Source: Pseudobdellovibrionaceae bacterium
Lineage (GTDB): Bacteria > Bdellovibrionota > Bdellovibrionia > Bdellovibrionales > Bdellovibrionaceae
Reading direction: 5' to 3'
Length of the DNA stretch: 24,782 nt
Assembly: GCA_041288045.1 (NCBI GenBank)
Contig: JBGGMM010000018.1
Coordinates: forward strand, 1-24,782
Below, piece by piece: positions 1 to 8,721 of this stretch. The stretch's first letter is position 1. Every line of letters begins with the position of its first letter. The notes under the pieces are model-generated. The model ran no database searches. It was given only the letters and a program-made list of their open reading frames with translations, and had not been told where the DNA came from. Made by a program: the position numbers and the translations under genes.

Positions 1-1
1 G

Positions 2-19
2 CTCGCCTGCGGCGAGTTT
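2..19 (+). other. GC-rich hairpin (CTCGCC-tgc-GGCGAG followed by TTT); possible terminator or REP-like element at the window edge
   Basis: Perfect 6-bp inverted repeat at 2-7/11-16, downstream of the convergently ending kinase gene; left context is missing. Confidence 0.3.
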
Positions 20-31
20 CCAGAAAACCTT

Positions 32-94
32 AAGGGGAGGAGGGGAAAGGGAGGGAAAGAGGAAAAGAAAAAAGAAAAAAAAGAAAGAAAAAGG
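32..94 (+). repeat. 63-nt purine-only (A/G) low-complexity tract
   Basis: Positions 32-94 contain only A and G; G-rich in the first half and A-rich in the second. Confidence 0.85.
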
Positions 95-107
95 CAAAAC
101 TAAAGGC

Positions 108-1964
108 TCAAGAAGCTGCGTAGTCTCGCAGTGTATTGAGGAGCTGTGAGCGGGAGAATGGTTTGGTGACGTAGCCGTCGCAGCCGGCTTCTAGGGCGTG
201 GTCGATGTCGCTTTTTGTGGTGAGAGCTGTGAGGGCCAGGATGGGGACGTGGTGAGAGTTGTGGTTCACTTTGACTTCGAATTCTCGCATTTTTTGCGCG
301 GCTTCGAAGCCATCCATGACTGGCATCTGCAAATCCAAGAGAACCAAATTGAAATTTTCTTTTTGAAAGTTGCGCAGTCCTTCTTGGCCATTTTCTGCAA
401 ATGAAAGCTGCACGTTGGTGCCTTTGAGGAAAGCGCGAATCAGCATTTGAACTTCGGGAGTGTCTTCGACCACCAAGAGCTTCAGTTTGCGATCCAAAAT
501 TGAAGGAGTCTTGGGCAGGCTAGGTTGCAGGGGTTTGGCTTCTTCATGAGCGACTTCCAGCGGTAAATCAATCTGAAACTCGCTGCCAACGCCGACGTTG
601 CTAATGACTTTGATTGTGCCATTCATCAATTCAACGAGCTTTTTCGTGATCGAAAGACCAATTCCAGTTCCCTTTCGGATTTCGCCATTTTTTCCTGCGA
701 GCTGGCGAAAGGGGATGAAAATTTCAGAAATTTGATCGCTGGGAATGCCAATTCCATTATCGATGACTGAGATTCTGTATTTCGAATTCAAAGCTTTGAC
801 TTCAACTCGGATTTTTCCCTTCTGCGTGAATTTATTGGCGTTGCTGACGAGATTGATGACGATTTGATTCAGGCGATTGCCATCACCTCGGATTCGGCTC
901 GGAAAATTTGGGTCAATATTGATACTGAGCTGATTGCCTTTGTCCTGAATGGGTGTTTCCAAAATGGATCTTGTCGTTTCCAGACAATTGCGGATATCCA
1001 TCACAGTCGACTCGATTTTCATCTGTCCAGCTTCAATTTTTGAAAAGTCCAAAATCTCATCAACCAAATGAAGCAGATGCAAGCCTGAACGTTTTTGAAT
1101 AGTCAAAAGATCCTGAATTTCTGATGGTTCATTTAAAGAGTTTGGCAAGAGATCGGCCACTCCTAAAATCGCATTGAGGGGGGTGCGCAGCTCATGGTTG
1201 ATGCTTGCTAAAAACATCGATTTGGCCTGATTGGCCTTTTCAGCATTGCTTCTTAAATGCTCGATTTGTATTTGATAAAATTTGGACTCATCCACGGTGC
1301 GGTTAATGGCTGTGATCAAATTGTCTATTTCATCTTTAAATCGTCCGGGAATTTTTCGGTGAAAATGCGGGGTCGTTTTCGAGAACACTGAGTTTCGTTT
1401 GAAATAGCGAGAAATCCGCGAAATATCATTCAATACCAGCAAGCGAAAAGCGTACAAAAGCAACAGGCTTAAAATCAATGTTTCGAGAGTCTCTGAAATG
1501 AATCCTTTCAGAACTTCGTTTTTCAAACGTGTGAGCAAAGGATCCATTGTGATAAAAAGGCTCAGAGTTCCGAATCTTTCAACATTCGGGCCCGGTGATG
1601 AAAAAAGTTTGTACTTTCTTTCTTCGAGATGTTGAAAGTCTCCTTCTTTTTTGAGGTCGATGAGAGGTTTTGGATTTCCAGTCTCCGTGATTCGCACACG
1701 AGTGACATAGGGATTGGTCAACATTCCTTTGATCTGATCGCGAACCTGAGTGTGGTCCATTCCCCAAATCGATTTCTGCAACGCAGGTAAAACCACGGAT
1801 TCGATGTATTCAAAATCTTTCTTCAATTCTTCACGGCCCGATTGATCTTCGAAATAGATATTGAGAGCTGTCCAGAAGAAAGTAAAAATCACATTCACGA
1901 CCAAAATGACGGCAATCAATTTTTTATCAAGTGAAAGAAAAAAAGGTCGCTTCACAGAGCTCAT
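108..1964 (-). CDS. Membrane-bound hybrid sensor histidine kinase/response regulator (2 TM + periplasmic domain, HAMP-like linker, HisKA, HATPase_c, REC)
   Basis: H-box SINHELRTPLN, N-box QIVINLVSNANKFT, G1 DNGIGI, F-box IFIPF, G2 KGTGIGL; receiver VVEDT...LLDLQMPVMDG...ALT...KPF; two hydrophobic segments. ATG at 1964 chosen over the TTG at 2000, so the start is uncertain. Confidence 0.93.
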   Translation of the reverse strand: MSSVKRPFFLSLDKKLIAVILVVNVIFTFFWTALNIYFEDQSGREELKKDFEYIESVVLPALQKSIWGMDHTQVRDQIKGMLTNPYVTRVRITETGNPKPLIDLKKEGDFQHLEERKYKLFSSPGPNVERFGTLSLFITMDPLLTRLKNEVLKGFISETLETLILSLLLLYAFRLLVLNDISRISRYFKRNSVFSKTTPHFHRKIPGRFKDEIDNLITAINRTVDESKFYQIQIEHLRSNAEKANQAKSMFLASINHELRTPLNAILGVADLLPNSLNEPSEIQDLLTIQKRSGLHLLHLVDEILDFSKIEAGQMKIESTVMDIRNCLETTRSILETPIQDKGNQLSINIDPNFPSRIRGDGNRLNQIVINLVSNANKFTQKGKIRVEVKALNSKYRISVIDNGIGIPSDQISEIFIPFRQLAGKNGEIRKGTGIGLSITKKLVELMNGTIKVISNVGVGSEFQIDLPLEVAHEEAKPLQPSLPKTPSILDRKLKLLVVEDTPEVQMLIRAFLKGTNVQLSFAENGQEGLRNFQKENFNLVLLDLQMPVMDGFEAAQKMREFEVKVNHNSHHVPILALTALTTKSDIDHALEAGCDGYVTKPFSRSQLLNTLRDYAAS

Positions 1965-2153
1965 CCCTATTGGAGTAATTGGAATTTGCCTCTGAAACAA
2001 CTGAGAATATGCTGAGTCTTAAGCAGAGTCAGAGCTTCGTTTTCAAACTTCAATGTTAAAATAAACATTCGGTTTTCAAATCTTGAAATTTACAAGAAGT
2101 GAAAATGAATTGGACGTTCAAGCTTTGCAACACTGTTGGATCGCAAAGACAGT

Positions 2154-2168
2154 GTCTCAAATTGAGAC
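2154..2168. promoter_or_regulatory. Palindrome GTCTCA-AAT-TGAGAC, putative transcription-factor binding site in the divergent intergenic region
   Basis: Perfect inverted repeat; a near-identical copy lies at 22623-22637 in another divergent intergenic region. Confidence 0.5.
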
Positions 2169-2359
2169 CTAAAAACGAATTCAATCACTGATTTCAGATT
2201 AAGGCTTGGTAAATCAAGATTTTGACCTCATTCTATTAGGACAGTTTATTAACACGATGTTGATTTTCTAAAAGCAGGGGACTTTGAGCCGCCGGCTCAT
2301 GCTGCACGTATCTGCTCTGGGTCCCCCCTTGGTAAAAAATGTCATTCAGAGAGTGATTA

Positions 2360-3481
2360 ATGAAGGAAATGTTAGAGTTTCTCAAAGATTGCGTTTCTTA
2401 TCCCTCAGGCGACAATGCTCAGCCGTTTCGCTTTCGAGCCGTATCGGATCGTGTGGTCGAGGTCTTTCATGACTCTCAAACAGCCTCACATCGCTTGAAT
2501 TTTAAAAACGTCTCGTCTCTGCTGACGCTGGGAACTCTGATTGAAACTCTTTCTCTCCGAGCCCAGAAAGAGAAAAAGATCATTCGAGTGAAGTATCATC
2601 TGGATCAATACGCCGACATGGATCTGCAAAAATGGGCGACCGTGGAGCTTCTGGATGCCACAGGTGAGCCTGACCCTTCCGAAGTTTTATTGTCAGAATC
2701 CCTCCAGATTCGGCATGTGGATCGAAGGCTTTATAAGACGGAACCTCTGGCTGAGGCCGACATTCAGTGGCTCACCAAAGAGGCTTCGAAAAACAGCAAT
2801 CTCAGTTTTTCTTTGAATGAAAAATTCAGCTCTCAATTGGAAAAACTTTTCCTCAAGCACGAAGAGGAAATCTGGAAAGACTCTCTGGTCGCTCAAGACG
2901 TGCTGTCCTGGATTCGATTCAATTCCAAACAGGCACTGGCCACGAGAGACGGGATGACTTGGGCTTCTTTGAATGTTCCGGCATTTCAAAAACCTCTTGT
3001 GAAGCTTTTTGTGAAATTTCCGAGAATTTACCAGCTGATCGCGCGCTTAGGTGGAACGAAAAACAATCGGCAAATGCTGATTCAGCACTTGGCGAAATCC
3101 GGGGGCTTTGGCTGGTTGGCTGTTCGGCGCACCGATCCTCAAAGTCTGGTGGATGCCGGCCGTACTTTTTTTCGCATGTGGCTTTATCTCAATCATCGGG
3201 GCTATTCGTTTCAGCCTTTGACGATGCTGAGCCTTTTGCCATTTCAAAGTCAGCTGAACCTTTTGCCCGAAGATTGGAGCCCGCAATTGATGGCTCTCTA
3301 TCCAAAGATCCTCGAACAAATACAAAAAGAAGCAATGATCGAACCCCAGTTTTTACCGCTCTGGGGATTTCGCGCTGGAAGAGTCGAAAAACCACTGACC
3401 TCAGAGAAGAGAACATTTCGCAAAAACATCGAAGAATTGATCATCCAAAGTGGCGGTTCCAAAGGGGGAGTGGAGAAATGA
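2360..3481 (+). CDS. Nitroreductase-fold FMN-binding oxidoreductase (Acg/Rv3131-like; resembles the nitroreductase half of ThiF-nitroreductase enzymes)
   Basis: YPSGDNAQPFRF (APSxxNxQPW-type motif), LGTLIETL, IRHVDRRLY and DAGRTFFRMWLYLNHRGYSFQPL (AGR..R.WL.....G...QP-type motif). The stop codon overlaps the next start (ATGA). Confidence 0.75.
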   Translation: MKEMLEFLKDCVSYPSGDNAQPFRFRAVSDRVVEVFHDSQTASHRLNFKNVSSLLTLGTLIETLSLRAQKEKKIIRVKYHLDQYADMDLQKWATVELLDATGEPDPSEVLLSESLQIRHVDRRLYKTEPLAEADIQWLTKEASKNSNLSFSLNEKFSSQLEKLFLKHEEEIWKDSLVAQDVLSWIRFNSKQALATRDGMTWASLNVPAFQKPLVKLFVKFPRIYQLIARLGGTKNNRQMLIQHLAKSGGFGWLAVRRTDPQSLVDAGRTFFRMWLYLNHRGYSFQPLTMLSLLPFQSQLNLLPEDWSPQLMALYPKILEQIQKEAMIEPQFLPLWGFRAGRVEKPLTSEKRTFRKNIEELIIQSGGSKGGVEK

Positions 3482-4794
3482 AATACCAGATCCAAGAAAA
3501 AGTGAAAGTCCGCCGCGGTGTTGGGCGGAAAATGTGGAATTTGATGGCCAAGCTTCCCCTGTGGATGCGAGCCCCTTTGGTGCGAAGACTCTTTGCTATT
3601 GATAACGATCTGCCAAAGGATTTGGTGTTTAAAGTTGCAGAGACCTATGAAGAAATCGAGCAGGCTTTCCGAGTGGCCTTTGAGGCCTTTCACGAAAGAG
3701 GCTTGGTCACTGAAACTGAAAATCGTCTGCGTGTGACCAAATTTCATGCCCTTCCAACAACCAGCATTTTGATTGCCAAAAAAGGCGAAGAAGTCATCGC
3801 CACACTCACTGTGGTGATGGATTCGGCGCTGGGTTTGCCTTTGGAAAAACTTTTTAATATCCAAGATGTCAAACGCAAGTCTTTGCGAGTGGCTGAAATT
3901 TCAACTCTCGCGATTAAACGAAATTTTCGTTCTCAAAGGGGACAGTTGCTGTTGCCTCTTTGTAATTTCATGTATCGATTTTGCCGAGAGTACTTGGGAG
4001 TTGACACCCTCGTGGCGGCCGTCCATCCGGAAGTTCAGGATTTTTATCGCTGTGTTCTTCTTTTTAATGATATTGAAGGCGGCGAAGTGAAGACATATGA
4101 GTTTGTGCAAGGAGCTGCCGCGGTGGCCAGCTGGCTTCGAATTTCAGATCTGCCTAAAAATTACATCAAGGTCTATGGTAAAAAGCCTCCCAAGCGAAAT
4201 CTCTATCAATTCTTTGTGCATCAGCCTTTTTCGCAGTTTCAATTTCCAGAAAAAAAGCCCTATTCTTGTTCGGATGTCAGCTTTTCGCCTTCACTCTTAG
4301 AGTATTTTTTTCGCCATAAATCAGAAGTGATGGAAGAGCTGACAAATCGAGAGAAAGAAATCATTTCGACTTCTTATTTTTATCCCGAATATCGCTCGGT
4401 GATTGTCGGTGACGCCGACACAAAGCCGCTTTTTCCAAGAGAGCAGGCCAGATTCACAGTGTTTTGCAAAGTTCGCTACCATTTTGAGAACTCCAGACGG
4501 ATTTACTCGGGCCATGCTTTGGAAGCTTCCAGGCAGGGCCTTAAGATCGCAGCTGAAAAGTTCCCAGAAGCCAGTGAAGGGCAGGGGATTGTCCTGTCTT
4601 TAGAGCTTGAAGATGGCTCCACGCTTCTTCTGGGGGGACATGTGACCTGGCTATCGGCTGAAGCCGGCCATTTTGGGGTTCGCTTGAATACCTTCGTTCC
4701 CAAGGCTTGGCAGGAGCACATTCGGGGCTTTGAAAATGAAGTTCTGATGAAAATTCAAAGCGAACAAGCTCGGACTTCTAGGCGCTTTCGATAA
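3478..4794 (+). CDS. FeeM-like N-acyl amino acid synthase (GNAT fold) fused to a C-terminal PilZ domain (438 aa)
   Basis: ATG at 3478 overlaps the upstream TGA and has a GGAG SD. FeeM-type motifs: FKVAETYEEIEQAFR, ATLTVVMDSALGLPLE, VAEISTLAI, AVHPEVQDFYRCVLLF. C-terminal PilZ signature REQAR (RxxxR) ... EASRQG, followed by GHVTW...FGVRL. Confidence 0.8.
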   Translation: MKYQIQEKVKVRRGVGRKMWNLMAKLPLWMRAPLVRRLFAIDNDLPKDLVFKVAETYEEIEQAFRVAFEAFHERGLVTETENRLRVTKFHALPTTSILIAKKGEEVIATLTVVMDSALGLPLEKLFNIQDVKRKSLRVAEISTLAIKRNFRSQRGQLLLPLCNFMYRFCREYLGVDTLVAAVHPEVQDFYRCVLLFNDIEGGEVKTYEFVQGAAAVASWLRISDLPKNYIKVYGKKPPKRNLYQFFVHQPFSQFQFPEKKPYSCSDVSFSPSLLEYFFRHKSEVMEELTNREKEIISTSYFYPEYRSVIVGDADTKPLFPREQARFTVFCKVRYHFENSRRIYSGHALEASRQGLKIAAEKFPEASEGQGIVLSLELEDGSTLLLGGHVTWLSAEAGHFGVRLNTFVPKAWQEHIRGFENEVLMKIQSEQARTSRRFR

Positions 4795-4880
4795 GCCCTT
4801 AGCAGTCATTGACCGCGTCAGAAGAGTGCGCTACCCCTAATAAGATCGGTTTTTATTTATTGGGGGAGGAATTTTTAGGC

Positions 4881-6719
4881 ATGGCGTCACCAGCTGTCTA
4901 TCAAACAATGCAAGTCCGCAATCAGGAACTTTTAAACTGGGTCCAAGAGATCGCCTCTCTCACTCAGCCTGATAAAATCCATTGGTGCGATGGCTCAGAG
5001 AAGGAAAATGCAGAGCTTTTGGACCTGATGGTTCAAGCTGGCACTTTAAAAAAACTCAATCCCGAAAAGCGACCTGGTTCTTACTTGGCCTGGTCGGATC
5101 CTAGCGATGTGGCCCGAGTGGAAGATCGCACTTTTATCTGCTGTGAGAAAAAAGAAGACGCAGGTCCCAACAACAATTGGACGGCTCCGGCTGACATGCG
5201 CAAAACCCTGGGTGGTCTTTTTCAAGGCTGCATGCAGGGGCGGACCATGTATGTGATTCCATTTAGCATGGGACCATTGGGTTCTGAAATCTCTCAAATC
5301 GGGGTTGAAATTTCAGATTCCCCTTATGTCGTGGTGAATATGCGAGTGATGACTCGCATGGGAGAAGAAGCTTTGAAGGTTTTGGGCGAGGGTCCTTTTG
5401 TCAAAGCCGTTCATTCGGTTGGCGCCCCTTTGAAACCAGGACAAAAAGATGTCATTTGGCCTTGCAACGCCAACACAAAATATATTGTTCACTATCCGGA
5501 AACTCGAGAGATTTGGTCTTTCGGTTCCGGTTACGGTGGAAACGCCCTGCTTGGCAAAAAATGTTTTGCTCTTCGAATTGCTTCGACCATGGGACGTGAC
5601 GAAGGTTGGCTCGCTGAGCACATGCTGATTTTAGGCGTGGAGTCTCCGCGAAGAGAAAAGAAATATGTCGCTGCTGCTTTTCCGAGTGCCTGTGGAAAAA
5701 CCAATTTTGCCATGCTCGTTCCGCCTGCCGCTTTGGATGGCTGGAAAGTTTCAACGATTGGCGATGACATTGCTTGGATCAAAATCAATTCACAGGGCGA
5801 AATGCGAGCCATCAATCCTGAAGCTGGATATTTTGGTGTGGCGCCGGGGACTTCCTTTAAAACAAATCCCAATGCCATGAAAACAATTGAGAAAAACACG
5901 ATTTTCACCAATGTGGCTTTGACCGAGGACGGGGATGTCTGGTGGGAGGGCATGAGTGAAATGCCGCCAGCCAACTTAACGGACTGGCAAGGTCAAAAGT
6001 GGACTCCTGGCTGTGGTCGCTTGGCGGCTCACCCCAATGCCAGATTCACAGTTCCTGCTTCTCAATGTCCCTCCATCGATCCGGATTGGCAGAATCCAGC
6101 CGGAGTGCCTCTGAGCGCCTTTGTTTTTGGCGGACGAAGAGCGGATACGATTCCTTTGGTTTTTGAACCCAAGTGTTGGACCGAAGGCGTTTACTTTGCG
6201 GCCACTATCGGCTCTGAGACAACAGCTGCTGCCACCGGCACTGTTGGGCAGGTCCGACGGGATCCGATGGCCATGCTGCCGTTTTGTGGCTACAATATGG
6301 CTGATTACTTTCAGCATTGGCTTTCCTTAGGACAAAAGCTGCTTGGCCAAAACTCAAAGCTTCCCAAAATTTTCATCGTCAATTGGTTTCGAAAAAACGA
6401 AGCTGGAAAATTTGTTTGGCCAGGCTTTGGGGATAATGCCCGGATCTTAAAATGGATGTTTGGTCGTATTGATGGCAAAGAAAAAGCCTCGATTTCCAAT
6501 TTTTTGGGCCTGCTGCCTTCCTTTAAAGATTTGGATTGGTCAGGTTCCACTTTTTCTGAGAAGGAATTTTTAGCAGCCACTCAGATCCACCAGCAAACAT
6601 GGGTCAAAGAAGCTCAGTCACACAAAGAATTTTTTCAACAGTTTGGCGGGCGTCTGCCATCTGAGTTTATCGGATTGCAAGAAAAGCTCGAATCCAGCGC
6701 CAAGCAACTTGAGGCTTAA
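4881..6719 (+). CDS. pckG: Phosphoenolpyruvate carboxykinase (GTP)
   Basis: [91 protein letters not shown] at 4865-4870. Confidence 0.97.
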   Translation: MASPAVYQTMQVRNQELLNWVQEIASLTQPDKIHWCDGSEKENAELLDLMVQAGTLKKLNPEKRPGSYLAWSDPSDVARVEDRTFICCEKKEDAGPNNNWTAPADMRKTLGGLFQGCMQGRTMYVIPFSMGPLGSEISQIGVEISDSPYVVVNMRVMTRMGEEALKVLGEGPFVKAVHSVGAPLKPGQKDVIWPCNANTKYIVHYPETREIWSFGSGYGGNALLGKKCFALRIASTMGRDEGWLAEHMLILGVESPRREKKYVAAAFPSACGKTNFAMLVPPAALDGWKVSTIGDDIAWIKINSQGEMRAINPEAGYFGVAPGTSFKTNPNAMKTIEKNTIFTNVALTEDGDVWWEGMSEMPPANLTDWQGQKWTPGCGRLAAHPNARFTVPASQCPSIDPDWQNPAGVPLSAFVFGGRRADTIPLVFEPKCWTEGVYFAATIGSETTAAATGTVGQVRRDPMAMLPFCGYNMADYFQHWLSLGQKLLGQNSKLPKIFIVNWFRKNEAGKFVWPGFGDNARILKWMFGRIDGKEKASISNFLGLLPSFKDLDWSGSTFSEKEFLAATQIHQQTWVKEAQSHKEFFQQFGGRLPSEFIGLQEKLESSAKQLEA

Positions 6720-6727
6720 GAGGATGT

Positions 6728-8416
6728 ATGAGTCAGGCAAAAACAGATCCCAACACAGTCAATGAAGCGCCGAATTTTTTAAAGCAAATCATTGAGAAAG
6801 ACTTGGAAACGAACAAAACGGGCGGCCAGGTGGTGACTCGTTTTCCGCCTGAGCCCAATGGCTATCTGCATTTAGGTCATGCCAAAGCGATTTGTTTGAA
6901 TTTTGGTTTGGCTGAAGATTATCACGGACGCTGTCATTTGCGCTTTGATGACACCAATCCCGCAACCGAAGATGTCGAGTACGTGCAATCGATTCAAACC
7001 GATGTCAAATGGTTAGGTTTTGACTGGCAAGACCACCTTTATTTTGCCTCTGATTACTTTCAGCAGCTCTATGATTGGGCCGAGGGCTTGATTCGTGAAG
7101 GCAAGGCCTATGTCTGCAGCCTCAACGAAGAAGAGCTTCGTCAGTACCGGGGCGATTTCACCACTCCCGGAAAGGACAGTCCTTACCGCAATCGCAGTGT
7201 TGAAGAAAATCTGGATCTTTTCCGTCGGATGAAAGCCGGGGAGTTTGCAGAAGGACAGCATGTGTTGCGTGCGAAAATCGATATGAAATCGCCCAATATG
7301 AACATGCGTGATCCACTTTTGTATCGGATCCGAAAAGTTCATCATCATCGCACTGGCGATCAGTGGAACATTTATCCCATGTATGATTACGCTCATCCGC
7401 TGTCCGATGCGATCGAAAAGGTGACCCATTCGATTTGCACTTTGGAATTTCAGGATCATCGGCCCTTTTATGACTGGTGCATTGAAAACGTGCCGACACC
7501 CGGGCATCCTCATCAGTACGAATTTGCTCGCATGAACATGACTTATTTGGTGATGAGCAAGCGCAAACTTTTGCAGCTGGTGCGTGAAGGTCTGGTCAGC
7601 GGCTGGGATGATCCCCGCATGCCGACCATTTCAGCCATTCGTCGTCGTGGTTACCGGCCTGAAGCCGTTCGTCTTTTTGCCAAAAGAATCGGAGTTTCCA
7701 AAGCTGAAAGTCTGATTGACTACGACATTTTGGAAAATTGCGTGCGCGAAGATCTGGACGCTGTCGCTCATCGGGCCATGGCCGTCTTAGATCCGATCAA
7801 AGTGGTGATTGAAAATTGGCCCGCCGATCGTGTGGATGAAATTCAATCTTCCATTCATCCCAAAAAAGCGGAGCTGGGCAAAAGAACACTCTACTTTAGC
7901 AAAGAAGTTTTTATTGATGCTTCTGACTTTAAAGAAAATCCAGATCCTGATTTCTTTCGGCTTTCGCCAGGCAAAGAAGTGCGCCTCAGAAATGCCTATG
8001 TGATCAAATGCAAAGAGGTCATCAAGGACTCCTCTGGCAAAATCACTGAACTGCGCTGTGATTATGATGCAGCCACGTTGGGTGGAAAACCGACTTCGGA
8101 TGGCCGCAAAGTCAAAGGCGTTATTCACTGGGTGTCTGCCGCCAAATGCATCGACGCCGAAGTTCGCATTTACGGCCGCCTTTTCAAAGTCCCAGATCCA
8201 GACAACGTGCCTGAGGGCAAAGATTTTAAATTCAATCTCAATCCCGATTCCTTGAAAGTGAATCGCCAGGCCAAGCTCGAATGGAGCCTCAAAGACGCAA
8301 GCCTTGAGCACCGATACCAATTTGAGCGAGTGGGCTACTTCTGCCTCGACAGCAAAGACTCCAAACCCGGAGCCCTGGTTTTCAACATGACCGTGGATCT
8401 TCCGACAGGCCACTAA
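6728..8416 (+). CDS. glnS: Glutamine--tRNA ligase (no C-terminal YqeY appendage)
   Basis: TRFPPEPNGYLHLGH (HIGH motif), RFDDTNP, HSICTLEF, VMSKRKL (KMSKS equivalent), GWDDPRMPT, KGVIHWVS, QFERVGYF. Confidence 0.97.
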   Translation: MSQAKTDPNTVNEAPNFLKQIIEKDLETNKTGGQVVTRFPPEPNGYLHLGHAKAICLNFGLAEDYHGRCHLRFDDTNPATEDVEYVQSIQTDVKWLGFDWQDHLYFASDYFQQLYDWAEGLIREGKAYVCSLNEEELRQYRGDFTTPGKDSPYRNRSVEENLDLFRRMKAGEFAEGQHVLRAKIDMKSPNMNMRDPLLYRIRKVHHHRTGDQWNIYPMYDYAHPLSDAIEKVTHSICTLEFQDHRPFYDWCIENVPTPGHPHQYEFARMNMTYLVMSKRKLLQLVREGLVSGWDDPRMPTISAIRRRGYRPEAVRLFAKRIGVSKAESLIDYDILENCVREDLDAVAHRAMAVLDPIKVVIENWPADRVDEIQSSIHPKKAELGKRTLYFSKEVFIDASDFKENPDPDFFRLSPGKEVRLRNAYVIKCKEVIKDSSGKITELRCDYDAATLGGKPTSDGRKVKGVIHWVSAAKCIDAEVRIYGRLFKVPDPDNVPEGKDFKFNLNPDSLKVNRQAKLEWSLKDASLEHRYQFERVGYFCLDSKDSKPGALVFNMTVDLPTGH

Positions 8417-8440
8417 CCGAACTTCCTTCCCAATTTTCGC

Positions 8441-8479
8441 GGGTGTCCGTTCTGCTTCAAACCAGCGGACACTCTTTTT
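8441..8479 (+). terminator. Rho-independent terminator of pckG-glnS
   Basis: GGGTGTCCG(tt)CTG-loop-CAGCGGACACTC followed by TTTTT, 25 nt after the glnS stop. Confidence 0.75.
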
Positions 8480-8671
8480 CCTCTCCTCTCACTGATTGCA
8501 CTTGAGCCCTGCCTTAAGCTTGCACTCCCTGCTTGTCATGGAGGTAGGTGGGGCTTTCGACAGCCGATTGGCAGCTGCTGTGGTCGTAAAGAAAAAGCTT
8601 CAGAGGGACTGACGAATTTGGGCACTGGTTGTCTGAATTTGCATTTCAGATCGAACTCAGTGGGGGCGTGC

Positions 8672-8687
8672 TGGCATACTGATTGAT
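8672..8687 (+). promoter_or_regulatory. Imperfect sigma54 (-24/-12) promoter TGGCAT-ACTGA-TTGAT
   Basis: Good -24 element and correct spacing, but GA instead of GC at -12; 34 nt upstream of ATG 8722. Confidence 0.35.
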
Positions 8688-8721
8688 AGATAGAGAGGGG
8701 AAGGGAACAAAGGAGTTTCCA

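Noticed and set aside
2095..2200. Possible c-di-GMP-I (GEMM) riboswitch suggested by GATCGCAAAG upstream of a PilZ-containing operon
   Set aside because: The GGCAAAC...GAAA tetraloop stem and receptor elements are not recognisable; an Rfam scan would be needed.
2959..3477. 173-aa N-terminal extension of the acyltransferase-PilZ ORF in the ORF track (611 aa)
   Set aside because: It overlaps the nitroreductase gene in another frame and does not read like protein; ATG 3478 has an SD and a coupling overlap.
4809..4837. Sigma70-like promoter TTGACC-N17-TACCCC for pckG, and the TTG 4809 start
   Set aside because: The -10 element is too weak to call; ATG 4881 with a GGAGGA SD is the better start.
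7787..8413. 208-aa antisense ORF within glnS (likewise 17060-17770, 3298-3864, 16101-16616 and other short track ORFs)
   Set aside because: Shadow ORFs of well-conserved genes, with no motifs or independent support.
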